Source: Candidatus Electrothrix sp. GW3-4 (GTDB taxonomy: Bacteria; Desulfobacterota; Desulfobulbia; Desulfobulbales; Desulfobulbaceae). Taken from it: 32,000 bases of DNA. Both the position numbers and the translations under genes were made by a program. Every line of letters begins with the position of its first letter. The first letter of the stretch is position 1. The stretch covers positions 960,001 through 992,000 of the forward strand of contig NZ_CP147990.1 in assembly GCF_037902255.1 (NCBI RefSeq). The letters run 5' to 3'. This document shows, one piece after another, positions 25,031-32,000 of the stretch. The notes under the pieces were generated by a model, which saw only the letters and a list, made by a program, of their open reading frames with translations, was not told the DNA's origin and ran no database searches.

Positions 25031-25065
25031 AGGCAGGTCTCGTTGAAGAGGACCTGCCTTTTATT
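25031..25065. terminator. bidirectional rho-independent terminator between tamB and the convergent globin gene
   Basis: AGGCAGGTCTCGTTGAAGAGGACCTGCCT is flanked by an A-rich run on the left (T-run on the minus strand) and TTTATT on the right. Confidence 0.75.
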
Positions 25066-25141
25066 CGGGAGCATCACTCCCTGAAAGGAGTTTTACAAAG
25101 CCCTGGATGTGTAATATTGCTTCGTTGGAGGGGCTGGAGTC

Positions 25142-25636
25142 CTATTCCTCGTCCTTTCCAAGGATATCGCCGCGAACACTATTTGCCACGCCAGCTGCCT
25201 GCTGAATCAGCTCGTCTTTTACGCCCAGCTCTTTCAGGGTAGCGCCGAGATGCTCAAGGATGATGTCAAAATGGGTATCGTTCAGGCCTTTTGCTACCAG
25301 GTGAGCATGGCCAGCACGCAGGTCTTTTCCTTCATAAGCATTCGGCCCACCAAAGGCAAAGGTGAGGAAGGCCGTCTGCATTGCCCGCTGACGATCCATA
25401 TCAACGCCCTCAAAGAAGCCGTTCACGCGATCATCAGCCAGCACCTTGTCGTAAAAACCGTCTACCGCCGCTTTAACAGCCTCTTCTCCTCCTAATTGTT
25501 CAAAGAGGGTCGGTTGCGGCTCTTCCGCTTCAACCTTGGCTTCCGCAGGTTGGGCTCCGCCTGCGATTGCGTTCGTGCCAGCACCAACGAGGAATAATGC
25601 TGCGAATGCTGTCAAGAAAATAAGTGATTTTTTCAT
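25142..25636 (-). CDS. group-I truncated haemoglobin (trHbN-like) with an N-terminal signal peptide
   Basis: The globin core is LFEQLGGEEAVKAAVDGFYDKVLADDRVNGFF.GVDM.RQ...Q.AFLTFAFGGP..Y.G.DLR.AH. It is preceded by MKKSLIFLTAFAALFLVGAGTNAIAGG. AAGGAG RBS upstream. Confidence 0.8.
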   Translation of the reverse strand: MKKSLIFLTAFAALFLVGAGTNAIAGGAQPAEAKVEAEEPQPTLFEQLGGEEAVKAAVDGFYDKVLADDRVNGFFEGVDMDRQRAMQTAFLTFAFGGPNAYEGKDLRAGHAHLVAKGLNDTHFDIILEHLGATLKELGVKDELIQQAAGVANSVRGDILGKDEE

Positions 25637-25840
25637 GGGTCCAACTCCTTTTTGTAGGTTATTTGTAGGTTATCTGGGCTGCTCACCATACATCAGGTAT
25701 GATAAGCTTTGTGTGGCCATATTAACGGAGGTCGAGAGGAAAAAGTTGACCATATCTTTAAACTCAATTGTATGCAACCATCTGGTAAATGCAAGGGAAA
25801 TAATAACGGTTATCCTTTTTTGAGGTAACTGTTTAAATGT

Positions 25841-26263
25841 TCAGTATATTTTTTTATAATAATCATGTAATATGAGGGAATGGTCAAAGGCTAATTCAGG
25901 TAAGCCCTCTTTGGTGAAGACCTGTGCCTGTTTGGCGTCATCTGCGCCCACAGGGGTGCCGACAGCAGTGGCAATAAAGACTGTTGAGGCGGTATGTTGG
26001 CGTTGGTCGCGGTCTGGATGGGAATAGGTATGAAATTGACGGACCAGGGTCACGTCCAGACCGGTCTCCTCTTTTGCCTCGCGGACAGCAGCATCTTCAT
26101 AGCTTTCGCCGTAGTCAACAAAGCCGCCAGGTAAGGCCCAACCAAAGGGAGGATTTTTTCGTTCAATCAGGACAATCCCTTGCTTTACTTCAATAATGAT
26201 GTCCACTGTAGGGGTTGGATTTTTATACACAGGGATATCTGCCCCGCATTGACTGCATTGCAT
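25841..26263 (-). CDS. NUDIX hydrolase with N-terminal zinc-ribbon
   Basis: Nudix box [25 protein letters not shown]-terminal CSQCG. Confidence 0.9.
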   Translation of the reverse strand: MQCSQCGADIPVYKNPTPTVDIIIEVKQGIVLIERKNPPFGWALPGGFVDYGESYEDAAVREAKEETGLDVTLVRQFHTYSHPDRDQRQHTASTVFIATAVGTPVGADDAKQAQVFTKEGLPELAFDHSLILHDYYKKIY

Positions 26264-26528
26264 AGTCTTTCTCCAGGGAATGCTTTTGCTTATCTTTTGC
26301 TTATCGTGGTATATGTTCTCCTGAGAATTGAGAATATATCATTTTTTCGTTGAGTTCGGCAAGATGAGTAAGGTGGAATTTCTGCCAGAGCTTATTGACC
26401 TGAGCGCTGTTTGTCTCTGGTTCTGTCAAAATTTATGCAGCTACAAGTGTGGTTCGCACAGATCTGGACCATGAAGAAAATGCTTTCACATTTCGGAGAA
26501 ATGAGGTATTATTTTTCGACTATCCTAG

Positions 26529-26605
26529 GCGCCCGTAGCTCAGCTGGATAGAGCATCGGACTTCGAATCCGAGGGTCGCAGGTTCGAATCCTGCCGGGCG
26601 CACCA
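26529..26605 (+). tRNA. tRNA-Arg (anticodon UCG)
   Basis: Hand-folded cloverleaf: acceptor GCGCCCG/CGGGCGC, D arm GCTC..GAGC, anticodon stem TCGGA/TCCGA with loop CTTCGAA, T arm GCAGG-TTCGAAT-CCTGC, and an encoded CCA. Confidence 0.9.
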
Positions 26606-26615
26606 TGTATATTCA

Positions 26616-26651
26616 AGAGGTTAGAGCTTTTTTGTTCTAACCTCTTTTTTT
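26616..26651 (+). terminator. rho-independent terminator after the tRNA
   Basis: AGAGGTTAGAGCTTTTTTGTTCTAACCTCT followed by TTTTTTT. Confidence 0.8.
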
Positions 26652-26728
26652 GTCTTGCACTCCAGCTCCTGCTGTCCCCACGTACAAGGTACGTAAAACG
26701 CATAAGCGGTTCTGCTTTTTACCTGCTG

Positions 26729-26929
26729 TCAAAAGAGTGCCAGCCCAACGCGATCTTGCTGTATTTGTTTTAACCCCTCTAGCTCTTGCTTTAACTCATC
26801 AAGATAAAAAGAATTTACTACATAAAGATAGTTATTGTTTTCTTTATACGCCTCCCGAGCCTGTTCAGCATAGCTAATTTTAACTCTTAATTCATCTGCT
26901 CGTTGCTGTTTTTTTTCTTCGTTTTTCAT
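26729..26929 (-). CDS. hypothetical coiled-coil protein (66 aa)
   Basis: ORF-track ORF in the AT-rich island. Charged heptad-like sequence with no recognisable family. Confidence 0.35.
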   Translation of the reverse strand: MKNEEKKQQRADELRVKISYAEQAREAYKENNNYLYVVNSFYLDELKQELEGLKQIQQDRVGLALF

Positions 26930-27132
26930 GATAAAATATTGGTATAGATAAATGTACTCTTGTCTTGCAAAGAAGATTTAAGAGAAATGGACACGCACGC
27001 ATACTGAATGGAACGGTTCGCCAACCTTAAACGATTTCCTGTAGTTGCATTCAGTCGGAATATCTACTACGCACGCACCCCGGCAAGACTCCTATGTTAA
27101 TTATCCTGTCGGCTTTAAAGACCGCCAATGCC

Positions 27133-27267
27133 TCAGGTCTTTTGAGACATCTTTCTTCCGGCGTCTGGATAATTAATATGAAGTGCTGCCTGATAGGCAA
27201 AAGGAGCAGCGGTAAATAAAAAAACGGCTGCGATGAGACTTTTCTTGATGATAGCTGTGGTTTTCAT
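27133..27267 (-). CDS. putative 44-aa exported peptide
   Basis: Hand translation gives MKTTAIIKKSLIAAVFLFTAAPFAYQAALHINYPDAGRKMSQKT*. GGAGGG lies 5 nt upstream of the ATG. It has a signal-peptide-like N-terminus and is below the ORF-track size cutoff. Confidence 0.4.
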   Translation of the reverse strand: MKTTAIIKKSLIAAVFLFTAAPFAYQAALHINYPDAGRKMSQKT

Positions 27268-27750
27268 AACATCCCTCCTGGTATTGAAGAATTTGAAAGT
27301 AGGTAACCCGGCTGTCTCTATTGTCTTAGAGACCCGTGGCTTTCCGACACCGCCTCACGACGGCTGTGGCTTTATCAACTTTCTGGCTTACTCCATCCAG
27401 AAAGTTTGTTATATCAAAGAGCCTGCTATAAGAAGCTGAAAAAGAAATTTTCAGGTGACTATATTATTTTATACCGCCTTAAGCATAATGATGTCAAGTG
27501 TCTTTAAAAAGAAACTACCAGAAAAGAAATATTCTTAGATGAAGCAGCTTTTTAGATCGATTCGGCATGTCGGCCAATCGGTATCACATCTCAACGTCAG
27601 ACCCTGTTCATCCGTCTAAAATGGTCTCTTGTGGGCTTGGGCGGTTATTTTTGACGGCATGTCACGCTGGCAAGCGCAATAAGAACTGTATGTATTGCGG
27701 GTCGTACAGGTAAAAATTGAAATGCGCAGTGAAGCGGGGTACAGGGCGGG

Positions 27751-27789
27751 ACAAAAAGAAACCGGGTCACATGCAGAACATGCGCCCGG
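27751..27789 (-). terminator. rho-independent terminator (same repeat family as 19404-19442)
   Basis: Minus strand has ACCGGGCGCATGTTCTGCATGTGACCCGGT followed by TTTCTTTTTG. Confidence 0.7.
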
Positions 27790-27834
27790 TGAGGTGATCA
27801 GGAAACAACTTATATAAAATGCAGTTAATCCATC

Positions 27835-28026
27835 TTATTTCCAGAGTAAAAAGCTATTGCTTCTTCGCTCAACAGGGGTCATGAACATCTCTGTTAACTT
27901 TTCATATGAATTATAAAGTGCTTGAAATGATTCATCAGAAAACAGAGAAGGGTTGTTGTTGGCGGATTGTTCAATCAGTTCAATAGCTCTTGTGAAGGCG
28001 TATATTTTTTGTTTGTTTGCAATCAT
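27835..28026 (-). CDS. hypothetical protein (63 aa)
   Basis: Start set at the ATG at 28026, preceded by AAGGAG. No recognisable family. Confidence 0.45.
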   Translation of the reverse strand: MIANKQKIYAFTRAIELIEQSANNNPSLFSDESFQALYNSYEKLTEMFMTPVERRSNSFLLWK

Positions 28027-28298
28027 CGTGATGCTCCTTATTGGTACAAGCCAGTCCTGAATCAATAAATGCGGCGCCTTTTCCGCCTACTTCATTTTTT
28101 GACCTTATCTTACATTGTAGTATAGAAAGTTATACTGTATGCAGCAAGGTAAAAATAATTTTACAGATAAGGGACGATAGGCTCTTGGGTGGATAAGATT
28201 GGAAAAAAGGCCTGTTAGGGGGCGCTAAGAGACGGTATTTTGTGCAACTTATGAAAAAGGAAAAACGGGACGGATTCTTTTTGATATAGCCGTTCGGG

Positions 28299-28820
28299 TT
28301 AGCTGGAAAATTGACTAAAAATAAATCTGACGCCCTTTTTTTTAAAGTAAGATACAGCAGGTTCTTCGTTCTTATTGATAATCCTGCTCACGGTTGTTGG
28401 CAATTCCCATGCGCCTCCTGGAAATCCTTTGCACATACCTGTTGACCCTTCTTCGGCCTTTTCAAAGGCCTTGCCGGTCCATACCCATGAAGCGCTGCAC
28501 CAACAGTCACCCAGTCCTCTTCCTTTGTTTGCAGAGGAAAGGAATCCCTGCTCATAGTCACTTGCCCCGCCCTCTGCGTCCGCATCGCCTAGAGCCGGTC
28601 GAGGATTATAGGGCGGCTTGTCATTGATCAGCCAAAAAGAAAAGCCCATGTTATACGCAGCCTGCCAAGCTAGCTGACTCACCAGCAACTTGTTGTTGCT
28701 CAAGCGGTAAACGGATCTGGATTCTTTGCAGACTTCCTGGTCCAGCCCTTTTTTCTCGCATTCCAGATCGAAAAAATTCGCCAAGGCAGTGAGCACCTCC
28801 TTATCCTGTTCCGTTGTCAA
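28299..28820 (-). CDS. hypothetical protein; true start unclear (possibly ATG at 28914 with a frameshift in a homopolymer)
   Basis: The ORF-track start is a TTG without an RBS. The same frame stays open upstream (..KKGKKPEAKVLPPLPKKTFIIPPIPL..). An ATG at 28912-28914 in another frame could join it if the 6-nt homopolymer at 28890-28895 were 5 nt. Confidence 0.45.
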   Translation of the reverse strand: MTTEQDKEVLTALANFFDLECEKKGLDQEVCKESRSVYRLSNNKLLVSQLAWQAAYNMGFSFWLINDKPPYNPRPALGDADAEGGASDYEQGFLSSANKGRGLGDCWCSASWVWTGKAFEKAEEGSTGMCKGFPGGAWELPTTVSRIINKNEEPAVSYFKKKGVRFIFSQFSS

Positions 28821-28962
28821 AGGAATGGGCGGAATAATGAAAGTCTTTTTCGGGAGAGGCGGCAGGACCTTGGCTTCCGGCTTCTTGCCTTTTTTGATCC
28901 TTTTTACTTAACATAACATCACTTATGCGACTTTTTAATATGTCTGGTAAAAGTGACAGGTA

Positions 28963-29206
28963 TTAATGATGAAAATTACCAAAAAGTTTATCTAGAACCT
29001 TTTTATCTTTTGAGCACTTCTTACAAAAGAAAAATTCCGACGCACATTCCTTCAATATTATATCGACAGCTGTATTCAATATAGTCTTCAAATTCTGCCC
29101 CAAAAGGGCCGTCACATATATTTTCATTCCATTGCTTTGCATTAAGAATAACAATGGGTTTTCCTTGAAACGCCTTTACACAGCCATCACAATAAAAAAA
29201 TGCCAT
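28963..29206 (-). pseudogene. small four-Cys (zinc-ribbon-like) protein gene split into two overlapping frames
   Basis: ORFs 29021-29206 (MAFFYCDGC...) and 28963-29154 (...FFFCKKCSKDKK...) overlap in different frames. Removing one base of the homopolymer at 29030-29034 would join CDGC ... CKKC into one ~80-aa product. Confidence 0.4.
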
Positions 29207-29261
29207 AATTTTTTAGCCCTTAATGTATTGCAACTGATTACAATACCACAACAAGGTGTGA

Positions 29262-29459
29262 TTATTTCACCAGCCTTAACGAACCTCTTTTGTTCCATGC
29301 CGCTATAGCATCCTCTTTGACGTCAAAATCAATTGTTTCTACATCGACAAGACAGTCATCATTAAGACAGACAACAGTCCAGTATTCAACATGTTGCCGT
29401 TCATAGCTGTCAAGCTCAGGCTGTTTTCCGCAAAAAGGGCAGGTAAGCATATTCTGCAT
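29262..29459 (-). CDS. Lar-family restriction alleviation-like protein (65 aa)
   Basis: MQNMLTCPFCGKQPEL........W.VVC....C.......F..KEDAIAAWNKR matches the Lar family pattern (CPFCG ... AW NxR) from memory. Start moved from the ORF-track TTG (29543) to the ATG at 29459. Confidence 0.6.
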   Translation of the reverse strand: MQNMLTCPFCGKQPELDSYERQHVEYWTVVCLNDDCLVDVETIDFDVKEDAIAAWNKRGSLRLVK

Positions 29460-29989
29460 CAGGTTAATAATCCTATTAAATTTTGTTGAGCCTTTTTCTC
29501 GATAAAAGGCATGGATAATAAATCCGTCTCCATTTTGCAACAAAGAAATGAAGAAATAGCCGGGTCAAGTTTTTACAGTTTAAAAAGACGTTAAAGGTAA
29601 CTATCACCGGTTGCACAGTCCGAAGCCGGGTCAAATAATCTCCGTGGCTTAATCCTGTGGTCAGGTTGTTCGTGGATGTATGAGGCGGGGTGGGGGAGAA
29701 GACAGGGCGAATGTACGAGATATTATCTTTTTATAACAAATAGTTAAAATGCATGTATAGTTCCTTGAAAAAGTGTCATCCAAGCGTCGTTATTGCATAA
29801 AAACTATAGAGAGAAGCATATTTTCAATAAAACATGGAACGAGTTTACATATTCTATTAATTCTATGGCAGAAGTCATGCGTTTGCCCTGGAGAGAGAAG
29901 GACGCCTGCTGTGCTTTGATAATGACTCAACTTTCTGAGTTGGTCAATCAGTTACGAGACGGCGTGCTATGCATTTTTACCCATTTTTC

Positions 29990-30613
29990 TTATCTGGTGA
30001 AGGTATTTTTATTAAAAGCTCTATTGTTATATAACATGTCCTCAATATTATATATAGAACCCTTGTAACATTTAAAGTCAAAGTTTTTAGAATCCGACTC
30101 ACTTGTAGATAAATTAAAGTATTCAATACGTAGAGTGCAAGGAGATGTTGACATGTTAATATTGTGTCTTTTGTCGTAAAAAACAGGAAGGTTCCATTCA
30201 GTTTTAATATTTCTTTTATGTTGTATTAATAAAAAAGATTTGTTGCAAGATATTGTCTTTCCCCATTGGTCTTCTGCTATAGAAAATATCCGTTTATTAT
30301 CATCGATATCGTTCAAGTTGTTAATAATACATATTTCTTTTATCCCAATAACAGCATTTCCTGCGTTTGTAATCATGAATTTAAATTCATTAATTGTTGA
30401 CTTCAAAAGTATTGCTTCTAGCTTAGGTTTTTTTCCAAGTAATAACCCTATCGTCGGCGCCAACAACACTCCTGAAGCACTCAATAATAATGTTACCGCA
30501 CTAAATATTAAAGCAAAATTTGAAAAGAATCTCTTCCAATCTAACCATGACTGACAATGATGACATTTTTTTGCACCATCAGAAATAGATTGTTTACATA
30601 GTCTGCATTTCAT
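29990..30613 (-). CDS. zinc-ribbon + single-TM hypothetical protein, very AT-rich
   Basis: MKCRLCKQSISDGAKKCHHCQSW (CxxC..CxxC), then a TM helix (FALIFSAVTLLLSASGVLLAPTIGLLL), then an Asn/Ile/Lys-rich domain of unknown function. GAGG lies upstream of the ATG at 30613. Confidence 0.55.
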   Translation of the reverse strand: MKCRLCKQSISDGAKKCHHCQSWLDWKRFFSNFALIFSAVTLLLSASGVLLAPTIGLLLGKKPKLEAILLKSTINEFKFMITNAGNAVIGIKEICIINNLNDIDDNKRIFSIAEDQWGKTISCNKSFLLIQHKRNIKTEWNLPVFYDKRHNINMSTSPCTLRIEYFNLSTSESDSKNFDFKCYKGSIYNIEDMLYNNRAFNKNTFTR

Positions 30614-30739
30614 TAAAAGAACCTCATATATTTTTGGCATCCTTCATATCCGGGTTGACACTTGTACAGAAAGTTATTCATAAAGTTGCGACAAGCTGCT
30701 TGGTTCAGCTATTATAATGGCAAATAATCCTCAGCCAAA

Positions 30740-32000
30740 TTGAACCAACATCGCCTTATGTTTTCTCTCGTACCTCAAGTGCCCGTCCCCGATAACGCGA
30801 GCAATATTTTCGGAAATAAATTTCTTCGTCGCCCTGAGTTAGCAACTTTCGATCGACTACAAATCGTTTATGAAGCGTATTGCGCTAAAATTTTCGGTCT
30901 ATGGGGCACGGTAACCGCATTATCGAAATATTACAATGTTTCCAGGACGTTTATCTATGACACCTTGGCGGTTTTCGAGGAAATTGTTGAACTTGCGCTC
31001 GGGCCGCCCGTTCAACCTGCCGATACTGAAAACAAAAGAGAAGCTGTTGAAATGATAGCTTCATTACGACTTGAGGGGAAATGCGGTATCGGATCTATTG
31101 TGGCGATAATGAACCGCATCGGCCTACGCTTCTCATCTCAAGGTACTGTTAGCACATATTTAAATCATATAGGCTCGCTTGTTCCCCCTGAGCTGAGGCT
31201 TGAAGACAATGATTTGCGGGTTGTCTTTCTGAGCGATGAAATCTTTTCCGGCGGTGTACCTATTCTAATCACTGTCGATCCGATCAGCTCCGCGATTTTA
31301 AAGATAGAACTCGCCGAAAAACGACGTGCTGAAGAATGGAAAAAGCATTGGATCTGCCTTGAAAATAATGGAATTGAGGCGATTTATCTCGTCACCGATG
31401 AAGGATCCGGGCTGTGCGCGGCTCACGATGAACTTTTTTCAGGTGTCATCATGAGGCAGCCAGACACTTTTCACGCTGTTGCATATCGTCTCGGAAGTCG
31501 GTTGGAACAACTAGAAAAATCGGCTTATAAAGCTATTACGGAGGAGTATAACCGCGAAGGAAAAATTGCTTCTGCACGAACGAAGGCGGTTATCCGCAAA
31601 CGAACCGAACTCTATGAAAAAGCACGCAGCGAAGCGCGGAAGGCCGTGGCGCTGTATGATAACTTTTTTATCTATACCGATGTATTATCAATGAATTGAA
31701 CCCGTTCTGCTGCGACGGCCAACTGCGGAATCGTCAGCAGGCGGAAGGCAACATTCAGGCAGCTCTTGAGATGATTGAAACTCTCGGCAATGAAAAAATC
31801 AACAAAGCAATCGACGGAATAAAAAATATCCTGCCGAATCTTCTGAATTATTTCGTTGTAGCCCTCGAGGTCAGGGAAGAACTCGAAAAATTGCCGATCA
31901 ATCATAACGCGCTGTCGTCGCTCTGTTCGGCATGGCAGCATCATAAAGCAGTGATCAAAGCAAAAAAGGCGGATCGCCGTAAGAGATGCGCGGACAGAGA
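30740..32000 (+). pseudogene. DDE-type transposase, frameshifted at a T6 run and truncated by the window end
   Basis: The catalytic-core-like layout is VFLSDEIFSGG.PILITVDP.S ... YLVTDEGSGL ... DTFHAV. The frame stops at 31697-31699. The next frame continues with FYLYRCIINELNPFCCDGQLRNRQQAEGNIQAALEMIETLG... to position 32000. One extra T in 31664-31669 would restore a single ORF. Confidence 0.7.

Noticed and set aside
26509-26703. Minus-strand 64-aa ORF
   Set aside because: It directly overlaps the tRNA-Arg gene and its terminator.
29793-30068. Plus-strand 91-aa ORF
   Set aside because: It uses a non-ATG start, has no RBS, overlaps the 3' end of the better-supported minus-strand zinc-ribbon/TM gene, and its hydrophobic tail looks like AT-rich antisense translation.
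31672-31944. Minus-strand 90-aa ORF
   Set aside because: It is antisense to the plus-strand frame that continues the transposase (..NPFCCDGQLRNRQQAEG..), which is the more coherent reading.

Overview
The window looks chromosomal, probably from an anaerobic Desulfobacterota-type bacterium; that taxon call is inference from gene content only. It is about mid-GC by eye, with a visibly AT-rich tract at about 26.6-30.7 kb.

Layout, left to right:
(1) 1-4.1 kb holds minus-strand accessory cassettes: a small overlapping gene pair, xisH-xisI, and four hypothetical, exported or PilP-like genes. Three copies of the same ~115-nt terminator-plus-promoter module separate them.
(2) 4.2-7.3 kb is a minus-strand operon behind a near-consensus sigma-54 promoter. 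Its genes are a NifB-like protein lacking the radical-SAM cysteine motif, a 2Fe-2S ferredoxin, a GNAT, two unknowns and a Nif11-like small protein. It is divergent from amtB-glnK (7.9-9.5 kb).
(3) 9.5-15 kb holds housekeeping and miscellaneous genes: an FKBP isomerase, a Cys-knuckle/poly-Lys protein, DUF362, a Udk-like kinase, a nitroreductase and an exported hypothetical.
(4) 15.07-16.40 kb is an IS3-family element. It is followed by a non-coding array of eight T(n)A(n) cores spaced about 21 bp apart.
(5) 16.8-19.1 kb is the most unusual gene: a NACHT/STAND NTPase with a polytopic, glycine-zipper membrane domain of about 280 aa. A stand-alone Cys-rich two-CW-type gene lies just upstream.
(6) 20.2-25 kb is a 1588-aa TamB/AsmA-like protein with three tandem ~196-aa repeats and no tamA.
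(7) Next come a signal-peptide-bearing truncated haemoglobin, a Nudix hydrolase and tRNA-Arg(UCG).
(8) After the tRNA is an AT-rich island with a Lar-like gene, zinc-ribbon genes and a frameshifted DDE transposase that runs off the window.

Several reading frames break at homopolymers, so sequencing or assembly error must be considered. No CRISPR array and no rRNA were seen.
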